From Dudresnaya verticillata (taxonomy: Eukaryota): 64,000 nt of DNA. The notes below the pieces were generated by a model. The model made no database searches. It was not told where the DNA came from and saw only the letters and a list, made by a program, of their open reading frames with translations. The translations under genes and the position numbers were made by a program. The DNA lies in assembly GCA_977862235.1 (NCBI GenBank), contig OZ374562.1, positions 62,001 through 126,000 on the forward strand, given 5' to 3'. Shown piece by piece: positions 23,336 to 33,850 of the stretch (the stretch's first letter is position 1; every line of letters starts with the position of its first letter).

Positions 23336-25318
23336 ATGGCGTCTAGGCTACTTTTCGTCCCAGCCGCCTGGTCGGCGGCGACAACGTCCTGGCGCGGAGC
23401 TGGGGTAATCCAGCGCCAATGCCGGCTGCCCGCCGCTCGCGCACTCCCGGGCGCTTTCCCGAAGCGCCGTGCAGCTACAGCAGTGGCCGCAAAGGACGCC
23501 GCCGCGCCCGTGGAGGCCCCGCCCTCGCCGCCGATCACGCTGCCCACCAACGAACAAAGCCCGCAGCTGCTGCGCATGCGTCACACCACCGCACACGTCA
23601 TGGCCATGGCCGTGCAGCGTCTGTTCCCGAAGGCCCAGGTCACCATCGGCCCGTGGATTGAAAACGGCTTCTACTACGACTTTGACGTCGAACAGGCGTT
23701 CACCGACCGCGACTTGAAGCGCATCAAGAAGGAGATGGACAAGATCATCCGCATGAAATTGCCGCTTCTTCGGGAGGAGGTGTCCCGCGAGGAGGCCAAG
23801 CAGAGGATTGAGGAGATTGGAGAGCCATACAAGCTTGAGATCCTCTCCGGCCTGCAGGACCCCATCACGTTGTACCACGTGGGTGATCGCTGGTGGGACC
23901 TTTGCGCGGGGCCCCATGTTGAGAATACGGGTATGTTGAACAGCAAGTGCATTGCACTGGAGAGCGTGGCTGGCGCGTACTGGCGAGGGGATGAGAAAAA
24001 CGCTATGCTCCAGCGTATTTACGGGACATGCTGGGAAAGCCCAGAGCAGTTGGAAGAGTACTTGCGCAGGAAGGCGGAAGCCAAGCGGAGAGACCATCGC
24101 GTATTGGGACAGAAGTTAGGACTGTTTACGGTCCAGGAGGAAGCTGGTGGTGGTCTCGTATTCTGGCACCCAAAGGGCTCGCGCGTTCGGCGTATTATGG
24201 AAGACTTTTGGAAGGACCAGCACGTGGCGGATGGATACGAATTGCTTTACACGCCGCATGTGGCGAATGTAGGGCTGTGGAAGACGTCTGGCCATTTTGA
24301 CTTCTACTCGGAGAGCATGTTCGACCAGATGGACGTCGAAGGCGAGGAGTATCAGTTGAAGCCAATGAACTGCCCTTTTCATTGCTTGGTGTACAAGGAA
24401 GGGCTTCGGAGCTACCGTGAGTTGCCGCTGCGCTGGGCTGAGCTAGGCACTGTATACCGATACGAGCGTAGCGGGACTTTGCATGGGCTCATGCGTGTAC
24501 GCGGCTTCACACAGGACGATGCGCATATCTTCTGTCTGCCAGAGCAACTGGCGGACGAGATACGGAAGGTGCTGGACCTGACCGAGAACATTTTGGGACG
24601 GTTTGGGTTTAAGGAGTACGAGATCATGCTTTCGACGCGACCTGAGAAGAGTGTTGGGTCAGACGACATCTGGACGCGGGCGACGGCAGCGCTGGAGGAA
24701 GCTTTGAAGACGAAAGGGTGGCAATACTCTGTGGACGAAGGTGGTGGCGCGTTCTACGGTCCGAAGATCGATGTGAAGATCAAAGACGCTATCGGGCGGC
24801 TCTGGCAGTGCTCAACAATCCAATGTGATTTCAACCTGCCCCAGCGGTTCGAGCTAGAGTATGTGGACAAGGACGGGTCGCGGCAAAGGCCGATTATGGT
24901 GCATCGTGCGATCTTCGGGTCGGTGGAGCGGTTCTTTGGGGTTTTGGTAGAGAGCTTTGCAGGGGAGTTTCCGCTGTGGTTGGCACCTGTGCAGCTGAAG
25001 CTGCTCCCCGTGACGGACGAGTCCAAGGAGTATTGTCTGAGGTTGGCAGAGCAGGCGAAGGGGATGGGGTTGAGGGTTGAAGTAGACGTGAGTGGGGAAC
25101 GGCTCGGGAAGATGGTGAGAAATACGGAGCAGGAACGTGTCCCGCTTATGGGGATTGTAGGGGCTAAGGAGGTGGAGGCCGGGGCGGTTAGTGTGAGATC
25201 TCGGAAGAGCGGAGATCTCGGGGCGATTGGGTTTGAGGAGGCTCTTCAGAGGATTGGGATAGCTGTGGAACAGAGTATCGACTTTGAGGCTGTTGACGAC
25301 AAATACTCGCCGTGCTAG
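23336..25318 (+). CDS. thrS: Threonyl-tRNA synthetase, organellar (plastid/cyanobacterial type)
   Basis: Transit-like N-terminus MASRLLFVPAA. Motifs RHTTAH, DLCAGPH, RDHR, KPMNCP, YRYERSG, RVRGFTQDDAH and HRAIFGSVERF, plus an anticodon-binding domain. Confidence 0.96.
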   Translation: MASRLLFVPAAWSAATTSWRGAGVIQRQCRLPAARALPGAFPKRRAATAVAAKDAAAPVEAPPSPPITLPTNEQSPQLLRMRHTTAHVMAMAVQRLFPKAQVTIGPWIENGFYYDFDVEQAFTDRDLKRIKKEMDKIIRMKLPLLREEVSREEAKQRIEEIGEPYKLEILSGLQDPITLYHVGDRWWDLCAGPHVENTGMLNSKCIALESVAGAYWRGDEKNAMLQRIYGTCWESPEQLEEYLRRKAEAKRRDHRVLGQKLGLFTVQEEAGGGLVFWHPKGSRVRRIMEDFWKDQHVADGYELLYTPHVANVGLWKTSGHFDFYSESMFDQMDVEGEEYQLKPMNCPFHCLVYKEGLRSYRELPLRWAELGTVYRYERSGTLHGLMRVRGFTQDDAHIFCLPEQLADEIRKVLDLTENILGRFGFKEYEIMLSTRPEKSVGSDDIWTRATAALEEALKTKGWQYSVDEGGGAFYGPKIDVKIKDAIGRLWQCSTIQCDFNLPQRFELEYVDKDGSRQRPIMVHRAIFGSVERFFGVLVESFAGEFPLWLAPVQLKLLPVTDESKEYCLRLAEQAKGMGLRVEVDVSGERLGKMVRNTEQERVPLMGIVGAKEVEAGAVSVRSRKSGDLGAIGFEEALQRIGIAVEQSIDFEAVDDKYSPC

Positions 25319-25905
25319 AGTGTGACGTTGTACAGATAAGTGAGAAAGTATGTTGGGTTGCTACAAAACGTTGTCGCTGACGCTCCGTGAAATCAGGCAT
25401 GCAGGTTCAGATTTGGTCGAACTTCTCGTGTGCTGGGCTGGGCTGCTCCGGGTTGTTCTCGGTGTGTGTAATGTATCTTAACGGCAATATAGGCCCTGCT
25501 TCTTTTTGGAGTTGGCGTTGGAGCTGCCCATCACATCGCAGTGTGTGAGCTGCAGTATCTTGGGCTCTGCAGATGGGCGGCGGAGTTGATGCCGGCGGGG
25601 CGCAGCTTGTCGCTGAGCTGAAGGTCGACGGAGAGCTCAAGTGATCCATTTCAATCTTCCTAGGCCACTTGGCGCGATATAATTGGCCAAATTCAAATAT
25701 TGAGCCAATAAGCAAATCTTGTTGAGATATCCGCCCCAAGTCCAGCGCGGTTATTGGCCACACTAAACCATTTTGGTGATGTCCCATGAGCGGCATCTCC
25801 GCCGCCATCTCAAGCAACAAACGCAGCCCCCTCGCCACCGCCGGCGTCCAGCCGGCCCCCCCTCACCTCGCGCTGCACCCCCCCCAACCTCCCCGACGTT
25901 CCACA

Positions 25906-26883
25906 ATGCCGCCCTGCACCTACGTTCCCCCACACGCGTTGTTGCTCACCCCAAAACAGCCGCGCCTGTCAATCTCCCCACGCCGGCGCACACGGTTTCG
26001 TGCACGGCCTCCGCGAGTCGCGATTCAGGCACGGGCAGGCCCGCCGCCGCATCCAGAGGAGCACCGCGCGTCACTGGAGGGCGAGGAGTCGTATCTGCAA
26101 TGTGTAGAGTGCTCGGCGTTGTACGCGGTTGAGCCGGAGGAGCTGGAGGGTGCGCCACGCGTCGTGGGCTGCTCGGCGTGTCTACACGAGTGGTACGCGA
26201 CAGAGGCTGACCTGCTGTGGGGCGAGGACGAGGCGCTCGACGCCCTCACCATGGACAACTCATTCGAGGCACGCTCCAGACGCGAGAAGGAAGCCAGCAA
26301 AAAGGCGCTCGCGGCTGCGCAGGGCATAGGCGCTGGTGCGGTCGGTACGCCCTCGAAGGAATTCGCAGCGCCCACCGCGTCAGAGCGGGCGCGCGAGGGC
26401 GCTGGAAGAGTGGAGGAGCTTGCTACGAAGATGGATGTGAAGGAGAATGAGCGGATGTTCGAACGTGGGAAGGAGAAGAGGGAGGTGCGTGACCGGGAGC
26501 GTGGAGGCGAGGCGAGGCCGGGAAGGGTAGAGCAAGGGGAGGGGAGAAATCAAGCGCGGTTTAACGTGTTTGTGGGGAATTTGTCGTTCCGCGCGACGGA
26601 GGAGGATTTGTACAGGGCATTCTCGGGATATGGGGCGGTGCTCAAGTGCGAGGTACCAGCAGATCCGTCGGGTGCGAGTAAGGGGTACGGGTTTGTCGAA
26701 ATGGGAAGCCGCGAGTGTGGGCTGCGCGCAATTGAGTCGCTGCAGGGGACGTCGATTTTGGGGAGAGATGTGAGTCTGAATGAGGCGCGGCCAAGAAGGG
26801 AATTCGATAAGAGGAACACACGAATGACGAGAAAGCGCTTCTCGGAAAGGCGACAAAGGAAACCGAGAGAGGTTGGCGCGTAG
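25906..26883 (+). CDS. Putative plastid-targeted Zn-ribbon + RRM RNA-binding protein
   Basis: Transit-like MPPCTYVPP. Zinc ribbon CVEC...CSAC..EW (MJ0042-like). RRM with RNP2 VFVGNL and RNP1 KGYGFVEM. Confidence 0.88.
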   Translation: MPPCTYVPPHALLLTPKQPRLSISPRRRTRFRARPPRVAIQARAGPPPHPEEHRASLEGEESYLQCVECSALYAVEPEELEGAPRVVGCSACLHEWYATEADLLWGEDEALDALTMDNSFEARSRREKEASKKALAAAQGIGAGAVGTPSKEFAAPTASERAREGAGRVEELATKMDVKENERMFERGKEKREVRDRERGGEARPGRVEQGEGRNQARFNVFVGNLSFRATEEDLYRAFSGYGAVLKCEVPADPSGASKGYGFVEMGSRECGLRAIESLQGTSILGRDVSLNEARPRREFDKRNTRMTRKRFSERRQRKPREVGA

Positions 26884-26892
26884 CATGGGGTC

Positions 26893-26918
26893 CTCTCTCT
26901 CTCTCTCTCTCTCTCTCT
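26893..26918. repeat. (CT)n microsatellite
   Basis: Directly visible just after the stop codon of the RRM gene. Confidence 0.9.
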
Positions 26919-27092
26919 CCTTCTACGAAGACGTGTTTTCAACAAAGTCACTAACCAAGGGTAGTTTATACTGCAGCCGACGTGCTGTGGTGCACGGATT
27001 GCTGCTTTGAGACAACTAAAGCAAGGACACTCGCCGCAATGGCGATGAGCCTGTCAGGATCGGTTGCTAGTTGTCATCTGCCGAAAAGTCCC

Positions 27093-27971
27093 CTAAAACG
27101 CAACTGGAACTGCTGGCTGCGATGCGACCGCGTCTCCATCCACGCCAACCTGCTGCTGCCCGGACTCATCTCCCGGAGCAGGCGCACCAACGTCGGCCCA
27201 GCTCTGGTCCAGCAGGTTGGCAAACCCAAACGGCATTTCGTTCTCGACGTCGCGCAACGTCATGCTAGACCCTGCCGGCTCGTGCCGCGATGCCAGTCGG
27301 GATGGCACGGCACCACGCTTGCGGTGGCCATTGCGGTAGCCCTCCGGTTCCGGGCGAGACCGAGCTCCTCGCGTGGCATCGAGATCTGGCGCTGTGCTCC
27401 CCTCGTCACGGCGCGGGTGGCCTTCTTCTGGCTCAAAGCGACTGGGGCCGTATCTTCCGTGTCTCTCTTCCCGTGGCTGAGCGCCCCTGAAATCTCTGCG
27501 GTCCTGCTCATCATCACATCTGCCGCCTGCACGTCGACTGGCTTGATAATGTTGTTCATCTTGGCTACGAAGGTCGTGCTCGTCTTCGCGACTTTGGCGA
27601 CGGCAGTCAGCCTCACCGCGTCGCGGTCTGCGCTCATTGCCCCGTATGTAATAGTCGCATGTATCGTCGTCGGTACGATAGTCTGGTCGGTAATCAGCTC
27701 GACGGCGATAGTACGAGTACTCGCGGTGCTCGCGCCAGCGATCCGAGTATCTATCGGTGCTGCGCCGATCATGCCAGACCTGACGGCGAAGGTGGCACTC
27801 CTCACCGCGGTCCGGCTGTCCGCCCTCATAGCGGTCAGGCGGACCCGCAGCGCTGCGGCGGCGACGCCGCCGCGGCGGCGAGCAGCCCGGCGACGCGCGC
27901 GCGCCCCGCCGCGGCGAGCGCGCGCGCGGCGAGCGCGCGCGCCACGTGCGCGCGCGGGACGGCGACGCCAT
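27093..27971 (-). CDS. Hypothetical Arg/Asp-rich low-complexity protein
   Basis: 292-aa ORF with an ATG in GC-rich context and a TTTTAAG TATA-like box about 70 nt upstream. N-terminus has RSP repeats; the middle is R/D/Y-rich. Confidence 0.5.
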   Translation of the reverse strand: MASPSRARTWRARSPRARSPRRGARASPGCSPPRRRRRRSAAGPPDRYEGGQPDRGEECHLRRQVWHDRRSTDRYSDRWREHREYSYYRRRADYRPDYRTDDDTCDYYIRGNERRPRRGEADCRRQSREDEHDLRSQDEQHYQASRRAGGRCDDEQDRRDFRGAQPREERHGRYGPSRFEPEEGHPRRDEGSTAPDLDATRGARSRPEPEGYRNGHRKRGAVPSRLASRHEPAGSSMTLRDVENEMPFGFANLLDQSWADVGAPAPGDESGQQQVGVDGDAVASQPAVPVAF

Positions 27972-29124
27972 GCGTGCAGCGGGGCGGCGGCGGCGCGCGC
28001 GGCGGCGGCGGCGGCGGGCGCGGGCGCGGGCGCGGCTCTTAAAAGCGCGGGCGGTGCGGTGGTGCGGCGGATGCTGCGGCGACTGGCGGCAGGTGGCAGG
28101 AGCGCGCGGTGGTATCTACGCGGCGACAGGCGCCGTTTTGGGGCGCCATGACGCGGTTGGCATGGCACGCGCAGCCCTCAATCAGCTCGCGGACACGTGC
28201 GGCAATGGAGATGGTGAGTGCGCGGGAGGGTGCGCGGGTTCGCGCTGATGCGTCGGACGACCGGAGGGCTGTTTGAGAGCGCAGGCTACAACGTTGCGCT
28301 CAAGGTGCGCACGGCGGCGCGAGGCGCGCTCAACCGTGGAGCCGCGCGGTGGCGGAGTTGCGGGTGAAAGCACAGTGACGTACTGTGGTAGTGTGCTGTG
28401 CGGTACGTCAGCACTGTGCAACAGGGTCCTGTTTACCCCGAAACAGCGCTGGTTCCGTGCGCGCTGGCTCCGTGCTTGTTCGGGCGCTTTTAGTTCGAAC
28501 AGTGCTTCCGCGCATCCAACGCGAGCGCCAACTGGCAGCGCAGTTCGAACTTCACAAAGCAGAGTGGAAGCTGCTCGAGCAAAGTCAAGCGGAAGCGTCG
28601 CCAGCGAGATACTAATCTCACACTCTCCCCCCCTCCCACGCCACGAGTGCGGAAAAGGAGGAAGAAAAGCAAAGCGGGACTGGAAGCATCCTGCCGTGCC
28701 TCACATGCATCATTTGCATCAATCCAGCCTTGCCGCAGCCGCAGGAAACAACCGGCACCGCACGTGTACAGCAGTGCTCGGTGCGGGCGAGCACAACACG
28801 CAAGGCCGCATCGCCTCTCGATGCATCTCTCGCCCACCCCCCGCGCTTGTTGCCACCGCTCACCCCCTCCGTTGTACCGCTCCGCCCGCCGTCGAAAAGC
28901 GCCACGCGTGTGCCAGCGCACACCGCCGCACATCGCCCCGCGAAAAACCAACCACGCGCCGCAGATATTTCCGCCGCCCCATCTTCCACCTCACTGACGC
29001 CGCCGCTGACACCGCCCAACGCAATCCGTCAGCCGCCGCACGTCCCGCTCCACACATACTTATTGCGCTTCGCCCCTTGTCGCCCCGCGCGCCCCCACTT
29101 CATCCCGCTTTCCGCGCCCGTCCG

Positions 29125-29210
29125 CCCCCGCCCCCGCCCCCGCCCCCGCCGCATCCCCGCATCCCCGCATCCCCGCATCCCCGCATCCCCGCATCCCCGT
29201 CCCCGTCCCC
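29125..29210. repeat. C-rich tandem repeats: (CCCCCG)n followed by (GCATCCCC)x6
   Basis: Six exact 8-mers at 29151-29198, about 50 nt upstream of the RSH ATG. Confidence 0.9.
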
Positions 29211-29248
29211 ACCCCACGCCGCGCCGCGCCGCGCCCGCACCCGCCGCC

Positions 29249-31489
29249 ATGCCGCCCGCCTTCGTCCCCGCGCTCCCGCTGGCGCCCGCGCCGCCCGCGC
29301 CGCCGCGCCGCCGCGCGCACGCGTCGCGTGTGCGCGCGCGCGTGGCGGAGAAACCGCGCGCGCCGCCGCCGCTGCCGTCGTCCGCGCCGTCCGCGCCGTC
29401 CGCGCCGGGCCGCCGCCGCGCGCCGCCGCCGCCGTCGCCGTCGCCGGCCGACTGGCTGCGCGCGAACGAGGCCGCGCTGCGCCGCTCGGACCGGTCGGCG
29501 CTGGACGCGCGCGCCGCGCCGCGCTGCGCGCACCACCACGCCGCGTCGCCGCGCGCGCCGCGCGCGCCGCCGCCGCCGCCGCGCGCGCCGCCGCCGCTGC
29601 TCTCGGCAGGCCTGCTCAACCTGGCCGGCGGCAGCCGCTGGCTCTACTCGTCGCCGCCGAGCTACTGCTCTGTGGACCGCGATGTCCACACGGTCATTGA
29701 GACGCTCGAGGAAAAGGTCTTCTATCTCGGCCCGGTCACGCGGAACAAGGTTGTGCGCGCCGTTGAGCTTGCGCGCATCGCCGTCTCACCCGACAACCCC
29801 GTCGATGTCAAAACCCTCTCTGAGAACATCACGGTCGCACTCATCGTCGCAGACCTGCAGATGGATTGCGACACCGTGTGCGCCGCCATCCTCAACGGCC
29901 TGGCCGGCCGTCCCACCTGCACCAATGCACAGGTCGAGCACGAGGTCGGCCCAGACGTTTTACGCATCCTCCAATTTCACGCCCAGGTTGTCGCCAGCGT
30001 CCATCTGTGCGTGGATGAGTCGTTTACGGAGATGAGCTTCTCCAACCTGCGCGAACTCATCCTCGTCGGCGCCATGGACGAGCATCGCGCCATCTCGCTC
30101 GAGCTTGCGCGTGCCGTCTTGCAGATTCGCACGCTCGACGCCTTGACGGACGACCGTCAGAAGATTGCCATTGCGCGCCGCACCATGTACCTGTACGCCC
30201 CGCTGGCCAACCAGCTCGGTATCTGGTATGTACAGGGCGAGCTGGAGGAGCTTGCGTTTATGTACCTGCAGCCGGAGAGCTTTCACATGGTGCGACACCT
30301 GGTGGGCGAGCGGCGCCGCGAGTGCGAGAGCACACTGGCAAAGAGCAAAGAGTTTTTGGAACGCGTGCTCAGCACCACACCCGAGGTGCGCAGCCTGGTG
30401 CGTACCGTGCTGATCAAGGGACGCGTCAAGGGGCTGTACTCGGTGTACCGTAAGATGCGGCGTAGCGGCAAGAAGGTGTATGAGATTTATGACCTCCTTG
30501 CACTTCGCGTGGTGGTGCAGCCTAAAAAGGCAGATGAGGAGTCGGAGATTGCGGCTTGCTACGCGGTGGCAAACGTTATCAACCAATACTATGAGACTTT
30601 TGAGTCGCGCGCAAAGGATTATATTGCACGACCCAAGCGCAACGGGTACCGTAGCCTGCACCTGACGGTGGTATCGCGCGGTGGGTCGACGCCTCTGGAA
30701 ATACAGATCCGGACGGAAAAGATGCACCACGTGGCCGAGTTTGGGGCTGCGGCGCATTGGATTTACAAAGAAAAGTCGGAGGAGGAGGAGATCGACGAGG
30801 AGGCAGAGGAGAAGAAGATTGATGAGGAAGAAGAAGATGATGATAATGATGATGTTGCAAAGAGTAGTTTTGAGGGTATTATCGGTGAAACGGGCAAGGC
30901 TGTATCCGGCCGAGTGACGAATGACTCTAGCGAGAGTTTCAAGGTTGAAACAGTGCTCGAAGAGGACGTGAATGTACAACAGGAGAAAGTGGAGGAGCGC
31001 AGGAAGGAGCGTGGTGAGGTTGACGACACATTGTATTATATGTATTGTACGAAAAAGTCGATTGTGTCAAGGGTGGAGAACAGCAGCAGCAGCAGCAGCA
31101 GCAAGGGACAGGCTCAGACAGAGGCACAGGCGCAAGGGCAGGAGGGGGACAAGGCGGACGGCAAGTGCCAAAAGGAGGGGCGTATGGAAGAGCTACGCAG
31201 CGGGTTGGTGTCGAAGCGGCGTGTGACGGGCGAGGACGTGCATGACCAGCTGCGGCAGGGGTACGTGAATTGCCTGGCTTCTGCGATCCGGACGAGCCGG
31301 GTGATCGTGGCGGCGGCCGGGCAGCTGTACGGGCTTGCCGTAGGGTCGACGCTGAACGACCTTGCGCACGGGCTCGGGGTGGCAACGCTCGGGGCTATCG
31401 CGGTGGTGAACGGTTCTGTGGCGCCGCTGACGCAGCGGCTGGAGATGAACGATATCGTGAGGTTCATCAGCTACCTGCCCGAGGCGTGA
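29249..31489 (+). CDS. RSH: RelA/SpoT homolog (ppGpp synthetase), plastid-targeted, with degenerate HD domain
   Basis: Transit-like MPPAFVPALP. Synthetase motifs GRVKGLYSVYRKM, DLLALRV, KDYIARPKRNGYRSLH and EIQIRT...AEFGAAAHWIYKE. C-terminal TGS-like AVVNG...LEMNDIVRFI. Confidence 0.92.
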   Translation: MPPAFVPALPLAPAPPAPPRRRAHASRVRARVAEKPRAPPPLPSSAPSAPSAPGRRRAPPPPSPSPADWLRANEAALRRSDRSALDARAAPRCAHHHAASPRAPRAPPPPPRAPPPLLSAGLLNLAGGSRWLYSSPPSYCSVDRDVHTVIETLEEKVFYLGPVTRNKVVRAVELARIAVSPDNPVDVKTLSENITVALIVADLQMDCDTVCAAILNGLAGRPTCTNAQVEHEVGPDVLRILQFHAQVVASVHLCVDESFTEMSFSNLRELILVGAMDEHRAISLELARAVLQIRTLDALTDDRQKIAIARRTMYLYAPLANQLGIWYVQGELEELAFMYLQPESFHMVRHLVGERRRECESTLAKSKEFLERVLSTTPEVRSLVRTVLIKGRVKGLYSVYRKMRRSGKKVYEIYDLLALRVVVQPKKADEESEIAACYAVANVINQYYETFESRAKDYIARPKRNGYRSLHLTVVSRGGSTPLEIQIRTEKMHHVAEFGAAAHWIYKEKSEEEEIDEEAEEKKIDEEEEDDDNDDVAKSSFEGIIGETGKAVSGRVTNDSSESFKVETVLEEDVNVQQEKVEERRKERGEVDDTLYYMYCTKKSIVSRVENSSSSSSSKGQAQTEAQAQGQEGDKADGKCQKEGRMEELRSGLVSKRRVTGEDVHDQLRQGYVNCLASAIRTSRVIVAAAGQLYGLAVGSTLNDLAHGLGVATLGAIAVVNGSVAPLTQRLEMNDIVRFISYLPEA

Positions 31490-32129
31490 GGGTTTTGTTT
31501 TTTGTATTGTATAACAGTTTTTTTTTTGTTTTTTGTGATGGTGGTGGTGGTGGTGGTGGTGTGGTTTGGTTTGGTTGTATTGTAGATGTATGTTGTTTGT
31601 TGTATTGTCGGGGATGGTGGGAAAAGGGTTTTGGAGAGGCGAAGCATGTTTGACGGGCATATAGCTTTGCTGTGTATAGTAGTTTGTATTGTTTTGAGAA
31701 ATGTAACACTAATGTTAAAGAGAAGCGCAGTTTGCAAGTCGGGCGCGGCAACTCCAATGGTCTCCTTCCACGGAGTCGGGGCGGTGAGATTGGCGATGGC
31801 ATGCAAAAAAACAAATCGCGGTGGCGGCCATTGCGTGCCACAAAGGCACGAATGGCGCTGCATCGCGGCCAATGGCGTGCGCGGGTGCGCCACGCGGCGC
31901 AACGACTGGCTGAGCGCGGCGCAAAGCGCCTCCCCGTCAGCCGGCGTCAGCTTACCGCTTTCCTCGGCGGTCAGTTGGCCGCGTTTGTCGATCGATCACG
32001 CCATCGCCATCGCGTTGCTGATGGCAGCGCTGCGTGGCGCTCGCCACGCGCGATCAGCCAGCCAGCTTGCACGCCCTTTTTACACTACTCACAAAACACT
32101 AGTACCTTCGTTCCTGCGAGCTGGCTGGA

Positions 32130-32956
32130 TCAGTGCAGGCGCGGCGTGGGCGCCTTCTTCGCCCCCAGCCCGACGTCCTTGCTGAACACCGAGTTGGGGC
32201 GCAGCGCGAGCTGCTTGACCAGCTCCGTGTAGCGCTCTGTCGCTCGCACAACGGGGGCAACGCGTCAGTCGCACTCGAACAACAACAACCGCAACAACAA
32301 CAACGCCACCAACAACAATAGTCACGTACCAGTGCTCTGCTGCAGCAGGTACTTCATCATGCGGCGGCGTTTGTGCACCATCATCTCCAGGCGCCGCCGG
32401 TTATGCTTGTCCTGGCGGTGCTGCTGCACATGCCCGGTCAGGTCGCGGATACGATCCGTGAGGAGCGCGACTGCCCACACACGCACACGCACACGCACGC
32501 GCACGTAGAAGAAGCACAAGAAATGCGCACAAATCAAACGGATCGGCATATTCGGTCAGACCACGGCACAGCTCAGCTCAGCTCAGAAACCCGCCGCCGC
32601 GCGGCAGCGCCGCCGCGTCTCGCCTGCGCAACGGACGTACTCTGCACCTCGGGCGAGCCCGTGTCGCTGTCGGCGCGGCGGAAGCGCTCGATCAGGCCTG
32701 TCTTCCGCGCGACGCGGCGCTGCGCGCGCGACGCGTTGGCGAGCCCGACTGCGCGCGCCACGCCGCGCGGCAGCGCGTGCTCGGCCACGCGCAGCCGCAC
32801 CACCGTCTCCACCGCGGCGGCGTCCGCGTCCGCGTCCGCGCGCGCGCGCGCGCAGAGCGCGCGCCGCGGCGACCGCGGCCATGGCCATGGCCATGGCGAT
32901 GACGACGCCGCCCGCTGCCACGGCGCGGCGCGGCGCAGCAGCCGTAGTGCGTTCAT
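32130..32956 (-). CDS. rps15: Organellar (likely mitochondrial) ribosomal protein uS15, 3 exons: 32956-32641, 32470-32330, 32236-32130
   Basis: Splicing two GTACGT...CAG introns gives an open 187-aa frame: [50 protein letters not shown]...[13 protein letters not shown]. An Arg-rich presequence is present. Confidence 0.92.
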
Positions 32957-32992
32957 CCGAGGGCCGCGGGGATCAGACAGGGAGGGGGAGGA

Positions 32993-33037
32993 GGTGGCTT
33001 GCGGTGGCTTGCGGTGGCTTGCGGTGGCTTGCGGTGG
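32993..33037. repeat. (GGTGGCTTGC)x4 minisatellite upstream of uS15
   Basis: Directly visible 10-mer tandem. Confidence 0.85.
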
Positions 33038-33850
33038 TCGGCGTACATGTACAGGGTGAGAGGGCACGGCGGACGGCGGAGGCGCATATCAAGCGGGCGG
33101 GCGCAAAGAAGACGGGCGAGCGCGGCGTGGCGCGTGGGTCGCGATTCGTTCGGGTGTGCGATCGGGATTGCAGACCGGGTGATTACACTGTAAGCGGGTG
33201 GGACGGCGGCGTTGGAGCGTTCGGTAACATACAACGTTGTTGCAGCTCGGAGCGCTAAATGTGTATCCTCACGGGCGGAGGCGCAGCGCGTAAGGACGCG
33301 CCGACCTACCGACGCGCGCGCGTGAGGGCCTCTCTCTTTCGTGCGGAGCGCGCGCGCGCGAGATTGGGACATGTACATAGCAATGGCGAAGGCGAGCTCC
33401 AACAAGTTGGGACGCGGCGGCAGGACGCGGTGCACACAAGTACGGCGCACACGCGGGCGGCACTAGACACCGCGAGCGTGCGCGCCAGCGGCACGCGAGG
33501 CCGCGCGCGCAGGTAGAGGTTCGCAGCACCGCAACGCGCGCTGCAATGCAATGGCACAACGCGCGCGTGCTGCGCGGTGCGCACGGCGCGCGCGCCTCCA
33601 CACAGCAATGCACCACCGATCTGCCGCGCCGCGCGGGCCCACGCTGGCGCCCGCGCACCTGAATTCCCGTGCGTGTCGCAACGGACCTGACCTGCGCGCG
33701 CCGCCGTCATCCGCGCCTACAACCTGCGCCGCCGCGCGTCCGCCCGCCCGCCGCCGCCGCGCCCGCCCGCCCGCCCGCCCGCCGCCGCCGCGCCCCGTCC
33801 CCCACGCCCACCCCGCGCCACCGCACCGCGCAACACACCCCCAACCCGCC

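Noticed and set aside
26982..28168. 389-aa plus and 302-aa minus ORFs
   Set aside because: Alternative frames of a GC-rich locus with no domain. The true frame is still somewhat uncertain.
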